A DNA stretch of 64,000 bases from an uncultured Mycoplasmatota bacterium (GTDB lineage Bacteria > Bacillota_I > Bacilli_A > RF39 > UBA660). Location: contig CASEGV010000001.1 of assembly GCA_949287595.1 (NCBI GenBank), positions 220,873 through 284,872 of the forward strand, written 5' to 3'. The notes beneath the pieces are model-generated. The model made no database searches. It saw only the letters and a program-made list of their open reading frames with translations, and was not told the origin of the DNA. Of the stretch, positions 42,444 to 50,944 are shown piece by piece (the stretch's first letter is position 1; each line of letters opens with the position of its first letter). The position numbers and the translations under genes were made by a program.

Positions 42444-42751
42444 TATCCTTTAAATTCTGTAGGTCTTCCATTATATGTACTAGGAGATATTATTACATCA
42501 AAAAAAGTTAAACTACCATAATCATTTCCGACTATTATATCTGAAGAATTCATTTCTCCCTCATTTATTATTGTTGAAAAACGTTCTTCGTAGTAAGAAG
42601 ATTGTCTATTATATCTATATTTTCCATTTATAGAAAAATTCGTAGGAGCTATTTCATTACAATGTATATATACATGATTTATTCCATTTACTGTTTTACC
42701 TGATGAGTAAAACTCTATTGAAGATAATCCCTCTTGTTTTAAAGGAACATT
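42443..42751 (-). other. silent C-terminal cassette A (102 aa, no start codon)
   Basis: open frame from site S1: NVPLKQEGLSSIEFYSSGKTVNGINHVYIHC...PSTYNGRPTEFKG*. Confidence 0.85.
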
Positions 42752-42753
42752 TA
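42739..42753 (-). repeat. putative recombination site S1
   Basis: minus strand taaatgttcctttaa. Confidence 0.85.
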
Positions 42754-42781
42754 GTTTATATTAGAATTTTAATATAAATAT

Positions 42782-42796
42782 AAAACGTTCCTTTAA
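42782..42796 (+). repeat. putative recombination site S2
   Basis: aaaacgttcctttaa. Confidence 0.85.
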
Positions 42797-43164
42797 CTCA
42801 GGAAGGTAGAGAACTCTACAGAGTTGTAACTTATCAACTTACCTCAATCTCACCATCTACTGCAGAAATTGAATGCTGTGGAAATAGTCTGCATGTAGGA
42901 GATGATCCATTAATGACATTAGTAGATGATGGAGGATTAATTGATATAACTGTATTTGGTCAAAAAAATGGATGGAGTTTTTCTATTAAATTCACTGGAA
43001 TAGATAAAATTTACAAAGATACAGGAGATAACTGGACTGGATATTTTAATTTTAGTAACGGAGTATTCTCAGTTAGTGAAGGAAATAATGGACATTTAAC
43101 AGGTAATGTAACTGATGAAAGTAGTGGTAAAGTATTTAATATAACAATTGAAGTAATTGGATAA
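42784..43164 (+). other. silent C-terminal cassette B (126 aa, no start codon)
   Basis: NVPLTQEGRELYRVVTYQLTS...; in frame with and extends track ORF 42913..43164. Confidence 0.85.
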
Positions 43165-43176
43165 ATTATTAAATAA

Positions 43177-43204
43177 AAAGAGGTGCTTTAAAGCACCTCT
43201 TTTT
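43177..43204. terminator. bidirectional terminator after cassette B
   Basis: aaagaggtgct/agcacctcttt. Confidence 0.8.
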
Positions 43205-43208
43205 ATTT

Positions 43209-44102
43209 TTAGTAATATAAACTTAATAATTGTCCTAAATCTAGATAATCTATTCCTAAGTTTTTTGAAGTTAATAAATCTCTATCACTTTGTCCATATA
43301 ATCCAGAATTTAATCCTATATGAATTATATCATCTCTATCATAAGTTAAACCTTTTAATACTGAACTTATAACAGTATCTTTAGTTTGTCCTAATTGACT
43401 TTGTATAATTATTTGACAATTAGTATATGGAACTCTTAAATATTCTGATAAAGCACATATTATGTAATCTAATAATACCCTCCAAGAATCTGAACCATTA
43501 CTAGAAGATAGTAAGCTACCGGGAATAATAGCATAAATTTTTTCAGGATTAAAACATGCTAATTTATCCCATACTTCAAATCTTAATCTTACGTCATAAA
43601 TTCCTCTAGGTAATAATCCTGGTTTTCCATTACTCTGAAAAGTTTCTATTAGACAATCTAAAACATCACAAAATATGACTTTTTTTTGTCTATTAATTTC
43701 TCTCTTTTCATTACTTCCCCAAGAATTATTTTGTGGGGATGAATATCCTCCCCAAGAAGAACCAGAACTAGTTCCCCAAGATGGAGAGGGATTTCTTTGC
43801 CAAGGAAATTGTTGCTGTGATGTTGTATTTCCCCAACTACTTCCTGGTGTTGTAGTATTTCCCCAAGAAGATTGTCCATTATTAGAAGTTCCCCAATTAT
43901 TTACTGGTTGCCCAAAAGGAGTTTGTTGCATAATTTTTTTATTAAATTTATCCTGTTCATTAAATACTTCATTTACTTTTTCTTCTTCATCCCCCTCATC
44001 AAAATCGGCTGGTTCTTCATCATCTTCTTCATCTATTGGAGGATCATCATAATTAATTTCAGAATCAATATAGTCTCTTTTTAAAATTTCTTCATCTCTC
44101 AT
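43209..44102 (-). CDS. protein with acidic N-terminus, WG-repeat low-complexity region and degenerate HAD (PNK 3'-phosphatase-like) domain
   Basis: NNWG, SSWG x3, PSWG, NSWG; VIFCDVLDCLI and IG...SDRD..TSKNLGIDY. Confidence 0.65.
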   Translation of the reverse strand: MRDEEILKRDYIDSEINYDDPPIDEEDDEEPADFDEGDEEEKVNEVFNEQDKFNKKIMQQTPFGQPVNNWGTSNNGQSSWGNTTTPGSSWGNTTSQQQFPWQRNPSPSWGTSSGSSWGGYSSPQNNSWGSNEKREINRQKKVIFCDVLDCLIETFQSNGKPGLLPRGIYDVRLRFEVWDKLACFNPEKIYAIIPGSLLSSSNGSDSWRVLLDYIICALSEYLRVPYTNCQIIIQSQLGQTKDTVISSVLKGLTYDRDDIIHIGLNSGLYGQSDRDLLTSKNLGIDYLDLGQLLSLYY

Positions 44103-44560
44103 TTTGACTTATTAATAAATAATTCTCTAAAAATACAAAGTTTATTATTTAATGAGCAATTCGAGTGATCTTTATTATAAAGTTCACACATACTAGGACA
44201 AGCTTTATCGATTAATTCTGATAATCTATATAATGGATTATTATTTTCTATACTCTCGAATATATTTTTATCAGCAAATAATCTCTCTAATTCTCCTTCA
44301 ATAGGGACCATATTACATAAATCTGTACTATTTCCACTATTATCTACACTCAAGTCAGAACAATAATCAGTGAAACAATAATCTTTATTATCTATGTATC
44401 TAGGATCTGGGATATATCTGCAAATTTTACTATAATAGCAATCATCACATACTATCTTTCCACCTCCTTCGACGATTATAGGTTTAAATATTAAAGTCTC
44501 ATCTCTTAAGCTTCCATCTTTTTCTTTTAATGTAACTTTTATAGTCTTAAATTTACTCAT
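44099..44560 (-). CDS. Cys-rich hypothetical protein
   Basis: CDDCYYSKIC, CFTDYC, CPSMC...CSLNNKLC. Confidence 0.72.
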   Translation of the reverse strand: MSKFKTIKVTLKEKDGSLRDETLIFKPIIVEGGGKIVCDDCYYSKICRYIPDPRYIDNKDYCFTDYCSDLSVDNSGNSTDLCNMVPIEGELERLFADKNIFESIENNNPLYRLSELIDKACPSMCELYNKDHSNCSLNNKLCIFRELFINKSK

Positions 44561-44642
44561 AATTAGTTAATTTTATAAATTAATGAAGCATTATTTGCTT
44601 CATTAATAAGGAATTAAGTCCATTTAAGACGTTAGTAATAAA

Positions 44643-44978
44643 TTATTTAGGTAACATTACTTTTATATTATACGTATACGTATCATCTCCAGACGTAGAA
44701 GTACTTGAGCTAGGATATTTCATTTCTCTTCCCATAGATCCAAAAGCATAATCATACTCTATATTAACTGTTCCTGAAGTTTTTCCGGGAGGGATTGTTA
44801 TAGAATAGTCTCCATTACCTGTCATCTGAAAAAATCCATCTGGTGTTGTATTACCAGTAGTAAATCTACCTTCTACATAAATAGTAGCTAAATTTGCTGG
44901 ATCACTTGTATAACGAGATTCATTTATAGTTACTGTACATGTAGGTTTCGGTTTTCCATACTGAGTTAAAGGAACGTT
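44643..44978 (-). other. silent C-terminal cassette C (111 aa, no start codon)
   Basis: NVPLTQYGKPKPTCTVTINESRY...; in frame with and extends track ORF 44643..44825. Confidence 0.85.
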
Positions 44979-44980
44979 TA
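44966..44980 (-). repeat. putative recombination site S3
   Basis: minus strand taaacgttcctttaa. Confidence 0.85.
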
Positions 44981-45017
44981 ATTTTGCTCTTATATTAACT
45001 TTAAACTCTAATAATTG

Positions 45018-45066
45018 AGAACAATAATAACTTAGAAAAATTATGTAAATTAGTTATTATTGTTCT
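45018..45066. repeat. 15-bp perfect inverted repeat upstream of adhesin gene
   Basis: agaacaataataact / agttattattgttct followed by T-run. Confidence 0.7.
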
Positions 45067-45102
45067 TTTTATTTCATATTATAACTTATAATAATTAAAA
45101 TT

Positions 45103-46875
45103 ATGGCAGAATTAAAAATAGCAACTAAAGCATTTTGTAATACTCTTCTTGCAGGATCTTTCTCAGGAGATACTACACAATGCCCTACGAAAAGTGAAAT
45201 ATTAAGTGCTGGACTTAGTATAAAATCTGGAACATATGAAGATAATCAATTAGTTCCAGAAGATCATATTCAATATCTATGGTGGGAATATACATTTTCT
45301 GTATCTCCTACTGCAGCATCTCAAATTCCAGCTACTGGGGGGAATAGGCAATTTACTGTAACTTCTTATAAGGTTCAATATTCAAAATCTACTGCTGGAG
45401 ATAAAGTAGAAGTTACAAGACAAAATGTAGGATATACATCCTCTAATTCAGGTAGTGGTTCTTGGAACTCTGGGAATAATACAATAACTTATAGTGAAAA
45501 TAAAAGTACTAAAGGGTTATCTGGTATAGTAACTTGGACTCAAAATGAATCTAGTAAAAAAGTAACAGCTACTCACTCTCAAGCACCTGGAACTATAACT
45601 TATAGTGGAATAACTATAAAGTCTGCTACTGCTAATGTTGCTCCTGCAAAAGGTGGAACAATAAATTCTGGATCTGTTACTTATGAACAAACTTGGGGAT
45701 GGAATGGAGCAACTACTGGAGGAGGAACTATTACTTCAGGATTATCAGTATCATGGACATCAGTATCTATTCCATCATTAGGTACCACTACAACTAATTC
45801 TACTACAGATACTGGAAAAGATATAACAGTAACTGTTAGCGGTAATGGAAAAACTGCATCAAAAGCAGTAAATGTTAATCAAGAAGCTAATACCTATACG
45901 GATAGTTGGGGAAGTTGGAGCTATACAATTAGTAATATTACTGTAGGTGGAGGAAGTGGAGATATTCCTTATAGTGGTGGTACTAGAACAGTTAGTGCTT
46001 CATGTACTGGAAGTAGAGGTGGAACTAGAACTTGGAAATCTGGAAGTACACAATCTATTAGTGATAGTAGTAGTCCATCCGTTAGCTGGAGTATTTCAGG
46101 TTCAGGATTTTCTTTGAATGGAACAACAGTTACTGCTAGTGCAAATAATGGGGGAAGAAGATGTTGTACTGTAACTGCTTCATATCCAGGGGCTACTTCA
46201 AAAACTGCACAGATATGTCAAGCCGAAGGAGCTATTTCGTACGGAAATTATAGATTTTCTACTAGTCCAACTTCTATTAACTTTTCTAGTAGCGGTGGAA
46301 GTAATAGCTTTACAGTAACTTCAGTTGCAACTAAATATATAGGATCAACTTCACAGGGTGATGTTTCTATATCTTGGAGTGGATCTAAGGGAGGTACGAA
46401 TTCATCATCATTTAGTGTATCTCCATTAAGTGGTGGAAATGGAACAAGAGTTAATGTTAGTATTGGCTCAAATTCTGATACTAGCAGTAAAAGTGCAACA
46501 GTTAACTTAGTTCAAGAAGGTTCTGGCACTAGCATAAACGTTCCTTTAAAACAAGATGCTCCAGTATATAATGTTTATTTTAATTTAACTTGGGGAGGTA
46601 GTATGTCTAATACATATGGCGCTCAATTTGATATTAATAGTTCTAATTTTTACGATGGAAATAGAAAACACATATCAGATTCAGGACCTACTCCAGGAGC
46701 GACAGAAAAGATTACTATTAGAGTAATTAATACAAATTTATTCTCATGGAGTACATCTGGAGCTTGGTATTCATATCATAGAGATCCTAGTAATAAAGTA
46801 GATACTTATATATCTCCTAATAGTGGAACTTGTTCTTCTGGGGATAATATAGATATTTATTTTAATGCAATTTAA
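45103..46875 (+). CDS. BACON/Ig-repeat adhesin or tail-fibre-like protein with exchangeable C-terminus
   Basis: S/T/G-rich beta repeats (FSVSPT..IPATGGNRQFTVTS; FSTSPTSINFSSSGGSNSFTVTS...SPLSG...N...SATV...INVPLKQ) ending in Q as in BACON domains; site S4 at codon 479. Confidence 0.8.
   Translation: MAELKIATKAFCNTLLAGSFSGDTTQCPTKSEILSAGLSIKSGTYEDNQLVPEDHIQYLWWEYTFSVSPTAASQIPATGGNRQFTVTSYKVQYSKSTAGDKVEVTRQNVGYTSSNSGSGSWNSGNNTITYSENKSTKGLSGIVTWTQNESSKKVTATHSQAPGTITYSGITIKSATANVAPAKGGTINSGSVTYEQTWGWNGATTGGGTITSGLSVSWTSVSIPSLGTTTTNSTTDTGKDITVTVSGNGKTASKAVNVNQEANTYTDSWGSWSYTISNITVGGGSGDIPYSGGTRTVSASCTGSRGGTRTWKSGSTQSISDSSSPSVSWSISGSGFSLNGTTVTASANNGGRRCCTVTASYPGATSKTAQICQAEGAISYGNYRFSTSPTSINFSSSGGSNSFTVTSVATKYIGSTSQGDVSISWSGSKGGTNSSSFSVSPLSGGNGTRVNVSIGSNSDTSSKSATVNLVQEGSGTSINVPLKQDAPVYNVYFNLTWGGSMSNTYGAQFDINSSNFYDGNRKHISDSGPTPGATEKITIRVINTNLFSWSTSGAWYSYHRDPSNKVDTYISPNSGTCSSGDNIDIYFNAI
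46535..46549 (+). repeat. putative recombination site S4 (inside expressed gene)
   Basis: taaacgttcctttaa. Confidence 0.85.
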
Positions 46876-46880
46876 TAAAA

Positions 46881-46915
46881 AAAATAGACTATCATTGGAC
46901 ATGATAGTCTATTTT
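46881..46915 (+). terminator. intrinsic terminator after adhesin gene
   Basis: aaatagactatcat/atgatagtctattt. Confidence 0.8.
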
Positions 46916-46981
46916 GCTTTTCTTACACCTTTAATATCTTATTATTGAAATTAATAATAATAATTAAGTATTTAATCAATT

Positions 46982-48022
46982 ATGTTAGAGACAAATAAAT
47001 TATTGTATTCTTTATCTGATGTATCAATAATTCCAGCTGAAACAGTTACTATTGAGAGTAGATCTGAGTGCATTCCTTTTACAAATAATATTGAAAGAAC
47101 AGATTCTAATTACTATCCTATAGTAGTAGCTCCAATGGCATCAGTTATTTCAGAGAATAATTATAAGATCTTTAATAATAATAAAGTATCATGTATTATT
47201 CCTAGAAATATAGAATTAGAAGTTAGATTAAAATTATGTAGTGATGTATTTTGTGCTTTTTCTCTTAAAGAAATAGAAAATAATTTTATTACAAATAAAT
47301 TTAATGTAATTAATAAAATCTATGTACTAATCGACATTGCTAATGGACATTTACAAAAACAGCTAACTATAGGAAGTAAATTAAAACAGATATATGGAAG
47401 TAATGTAGTATTGATGGGAGGAAATATTGCTAATCCTGACACTTATTTATACTATAATTACTCTGGATTTGATTATGTTAGAGTTGGTATTGGAGGAGGA
47501 TCAGGATGTTTAACATCTACTCAAACTAGTATTCATTACCCAATGGCATCTTTATTAGATGATATTACAAAAATAAGATATAATATAGATATTAACACTA
47601 GCACTAAAGTAATTGCTGATGGAGGTATTGGAAATTATTCTGATGCTATAAAATGTTTGGCTTTAGGTGCAGATTATGTTATGATGGGGAAAGTATTTGC
47701 AAAAACTGTAGAAGCATGTGGAGATACCTATGTAGGATTAGATGGTAAAGTATATAGACACTATTATGGTATGTCAACTAAGGAAGCTCAAGCAAAAATT
47801 TTAGGAAAATCATTAGAAAACATCAAAGAAAAATTAAAAACTTCTGAAGGAAAGACAGAAGAATTAGAAGTAGAATATACTATATCTGGATGGATTGATA
47901 ATTTTAATTCATACCTTAGATCAGCTATGTCTTATACTAATTCAAGAAGTCTTAGTGAATTTAAAAACTCTAGATGTAATATTATCTCTTTATCATCTAG
48001 TAATTTTATTAATAATAAATAA
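46982..48022 (+). CDS. GMP reductase / IMP dehydrogenase family (no CBS domains)
   Basis: IDIANGH, GGNIA, VRVGIGGGSGCLT, IADGGI...KCLALGADYVMMG, YYGMST, LRSAMSY. Confidence 0.88.
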   Translation: MLETNKLLYSLSDVSIIPAETVTIESRSECIPFTNNIERTDSNYYPIVVAPMASVISENNYKIFNNNKVSCIIPRNIELEVRLKLCSDVFCAFSLKEIENNFITNKFNVINKIYVLIDIANGHLQKQLTIGSKLKQIYGSNVVLMGGNIANPDTYLYYNYSGFDYVRVGIGGGSGCLTSTQTSIHYPMASLLDDITKIRYNIDINTSTKVIADGGIGNYSDAIKCLALGADYVMMGKVFAKTVEACGDTYVGLDGKVYRHYYGMSTKEAQAKILGKSLENIKEKLKTSEGKTEELEVEYTISGWIDNFNSYLRSAMSYTNSRSLSEFKNSRCNIISLSSSNFINNK

Positions 48023-48031
48023 ATTTAACTT

Positions 48032-48847
48032 ATGGCTAGAAAGAAAGCTATTAAATCAGATCTTGAAGAAGAGTTGCAAGAAATTAGAAATGAAAAGAAT
48101 AATATCTTAAATTTCAAGATGAATTTTAAATGCAGAACTAAACATCAAAAAGAATTTCTAAAGTCAATATATGAAAAAGAAATTACTTTAGTTTATGGAG
48201 CTGCCGGAACTGGAAAATCTTACGTATCTCTTTATGCAGCATTAGATTTACTTAAACACAGTTCAGAAAATGGATATGAGAAAATAGTACTAATTTATCC
48301 AGTAGCAACAAACCCTGATGAAAATATTGGATTTTTAAAAGGAACATTAGATGAAAAACTTTCCGTTTATAAAGAAGCGGACTTTTATACTATGGAAAAA
48401 ATAATAAATGCTTCTGGAAAAAATGGAAAAGAAGTAGTCCAGAAATTAGTTGAAGCTGGAAAAATAGAAGTAAAGTCTGCAACTTTTCTAAGAGGATCTA
48501 CTATAGATAATTCAATAGTAGTAATATCTGAAGCTCAAAATTTCTCAAAAGACACATTTCTTAAAATATTAACAAGAATAGGAACTAATTCCAAATATAT
48601 TTTTAATTCAGATCACCAACAATTAGATAATGGAAGTATCAAATCTAAAAAAAATGTTAGTGGATTACAATACGCTAAAGAAAAATTATTTGATTTAGAT
48701 GAAATAGGAATAATTGAGTTTGGATTAGAAGATATTGTAAGAAATGATATTATTGTAAAAGTACTAAAACGATGGATACCTGAAGTATATGGTAATATAG
48801 ATGAAAAAGATCTGGATAAAAAAATATCAGAAGAAAAATTAGAATAA
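48032..48847 (+). CDS. phoH: PhoH family ATPase
   Basis: GAAGTGKS, IGFLKG, FLRGSTI, ISEAQN, LTRIG, DIVRN. Confidence 0.9.
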   Translation: MARKKAIKSDLEEELQEIRNEKNNILNFKMNFKCRTKHQKEFLKSIYEKEITLVYGAAGTGKSYVSLYAALDLLKHSSENGYEKIVLIYPVATNPDENIGFLKGTLDEKLSVYKEADFYTMEKIINASGKNGKEVVQKLVEAGKIEVKSATFLRGSTIDNSIVVISEAQNFSKDTFLKILTRIGTNSKYIFNSDHQQLDNGSIKSKKNVSGLQYAKEKLFDLDEIGIIEFGLEDIVRNDIIVKVLKRWIPEVYGNIDEKDLDKKISEEKLE

Positions 48848-48878
48848 AAAATAGAGGCTTAACGCCTCTATTTTTTTA
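48848..48878. terminator. bidirectional terminator between phoH and cassette D
   Basis: aaaatagaggc/gcctctatttt. Confidence 0.8.
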
Positions 48879-48940
48879 GTAAAATAATTATTTCCCCAAT
48901 ATTTAAATAAATATGTATATAGTATACAATATACAATAGA

Positions 48941-49243
48941 TTAAACATAATATACTGTTACATAAGAATGAGTCTCTTCATTTTCTCTTATTACAACAGA
49001 GCTTATTCCAGAAAAATTTCCAAAACTTAATGATTTATCTACTGTCCATGTTCCTGTTGATAGAGTATATTCGATTATTTTAAGAGTATTTCCCATATAA
49101 CTAATATGCTGATTTACTCCTCCAGATTCTTTCACAAGAGTTATATCTGCAGATATACTTTGTCCTGGTGGGACACCAGATGGACTCCAATGTACTACTA
49201 AGGTTCCAGTAATAGTTTTTCCATACTGATTTAAAGGAACATT
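48941..49243 (-). other. silent C-terminal cassette D (100 aa, no ATG at head)
   Basis: NVPLNQYGKTITGTLVVHWSPSGVPPGQ...; in frame with and extends track ORF 48941..49135. Confidence 0.85.
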
Positions 49244-49245
49244 TA
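49231..49245 (-). repeat. putative recombination site S5
   Basis: minus strand taaatgttcctttaa. Confidence 0.85.
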
Positions 49246-49310
49246 AAATCGTCTAAAATTCTTATAATTGTAATATACTTAAATAAATTAACATAGAAAA
49301 AATTAAAAAA

Positions 49311-50462
49311 ATGAGTGAATTAATTTCTTCAAAGTGGGTAGACGAATTAGGAATATACTATCCTATAGATGGTAATACTCAACTTCATCAAACTCCTGGA
49401 AATGGTATATTTGAATTATATCAATCTCAGGGTCAAGATAAACGTATAGGATTAAAGAAAATTGCAAATAAATTTGAGTTTAATTTTAAGCTCTATGATT
49501 TAGATTGTAGTGATTTTTTAAACTTAGTAAAAAATACGTGGGAATCTGATATATTTGTAGAAAATAATAGGAATCTAGGGATTATTTTAAATGGAATAAA
49601 AGGAACCGGAAAAACCTTAAGTTCTAAAATACTTTGTAATAAAATTGGATTACCAGTAATAATGGTTACAAAAATTATTGATGGTATGATAAGTTTTATA
49701 CAATCACTAGAATTTGAATGTATTATATTAATTGATGAAGCAGAAAAAACATTTAAAAAAGGAGAAGATGATGAGCTTCTAGTAAAATTAATTGATGGAG
49801 TATATAATAGATCTAGAAAGCTATACATACTCACTACAAATAAATTGGATATCAATGAAAATCTTTTAGGAAGACCTGGAAGAATAAGATACATTAAAGA
49901 ATATGGAAATTTGTCCAATAAAGCAGTTAAAGAATTTTTAGATGATAACCTTAAAGTACCTAACAAAAGAGATGCTATCTTAGAGATAGTAGATCTTCTT
50001 GAAATATCTACTATAGATATTCTTAGAAATATAGTAGAAGAAGTAAATATTCATGGAGATATTTCAGAAGATAGTTATCTTAATGTTCCAAAATCTAAAT
50101 ATATATTTGATATACTTAGATTTGAAATAACTAATTCTTCTCAAGTAGAGGAAATAAAAAATACTCTAAAAGGTGTAAAAGATATTAAAGAATGGTTATC
50201 TTTACCATCTGGAAAAGGAGAAGATAGAACTAATGAAGATGAATTATATGATAAATACAGATTCTTCGAAGATACTTTAAAGAGTAAATATTCTACTTTA
50301 TGGAAAAACTCTGAAACATCTTTGGGAATTTTACTAGATGAAATCGATGAAGAAGGATTTGTAAGTGTAAAGGGTATAGGATATTACAGTGATACTGAAT
50401 ATCTAATAAAAATAATAGGACAAAGAAATAATCCATCTTTATATAGAGGAGATTTGATTTGA
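49311..50462 (+). CDS. AAA family ATPase
   Basis: GIKGTGKT, ILIDEAEK, ILTTN, RPGRIRY. Confidence 0.88.
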   Translation: MSELISSKWVDELGIYYPIDGNTQLHQTPGNGIFELYQSQGQDKRIGLKKIANKFEFNFKLYDLDCSDFLNLVKNTWESDIFVENNRNLGIILNGIKGTGKTLSSKILCNKIGLPVIMVTKIIDGMISFIQSLEFECIILIDEAEKTFKKGEDDELLVKLIDGVYNRSRKLYILTTNKLDINENLLGRPGRIRYIKEYGNLSNKAVKEFLDDNLKVPNKRDAILEIVDLLEISTIDILRNIVEEVNIHGDISEDSYLNVPKSKYIFDILRFEITNSSQVEEIKNTLKGVKDIKEWLSLPSGKGEDRTNEDELYDKYRFFEDTLKSKYSTLWKNSETSLGILLDEIDEEGFVSVKGIGYYSDTEYLIKIIGQRNNPSLYRGDLI

Positions 50463-50593
50463 TGTTTAATTGGTGGAGTTTTTGAAGACAAAGAGTAATT
50501 TAGTCGTGAGACTAGGTTACTCTTATTTTCTTTTATAAAACATCTATTAAGTTTTACTAAAACTCTTATAAATGAAACTTAATATACATTAAT

Positions 50594-50944
50594 ATGAACA
50601 AACAAGAAGAATTAAATTTTAAAATTAATTGTATTATATCTAGGGGGAAAAATATTATTTATTATAGAAAAATAGATAATAGACCTAGATGTCAATATAT
50701 TCATGTAGTTAGATTATTTAGGAAAGACCTAAAAGAAATATTATCCTTAATTCCTGAATATGATCCTAAATATTTAGAAATAAAAGAATTATTAATAAAG
50801 ATAATTCAAGTTATACCTCCTAAAGTTAAGTCGGAAAATTGTGAAGAAGTTATAATGAAATTTGCAAAAATACTAATGACTTCTGAAGAATTTAATAATA
50901 TTCCTACTTTACCTATATCAAATAATCAAATATTCGATGAGTAA
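50594..50944 (+). CDS. hypothetical protein
   Basis: 116 aa after promoter motif at 50565. Confidence 0.7.
   Translation: MNKQEELNFKINCIISRGKNIIYYRKIDNRPRCQYIHVVRLFRKDLKEILSLIPEYDPKYLEIKELLIKIIQVIPPKVKSENCEEVIMKFAKILMTSEEFNNIPTLPISNNQIFDE

Noticed and set aside
42913-49135. Track ORFs 42913..43164, 44643..44825 and 48941..49135 as independent small genes
   Set aside because: Each frame continues upstream without a stop to an NVPL site, so they are internal starts of cassettes.
42443-49245. Diversity-generating retroelement as explanation for the variable C-terminus
   Set aside because: No reverse transcriptase and no TR/VR pair differing at adenines; cassettes share only the short site.
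42739-49245. CRISPR array from the repeated 14-mer
   Set aside because: Copies are mostly kilobases apart, alternate in orientation and head open frames; no regular spacers or cas genes.
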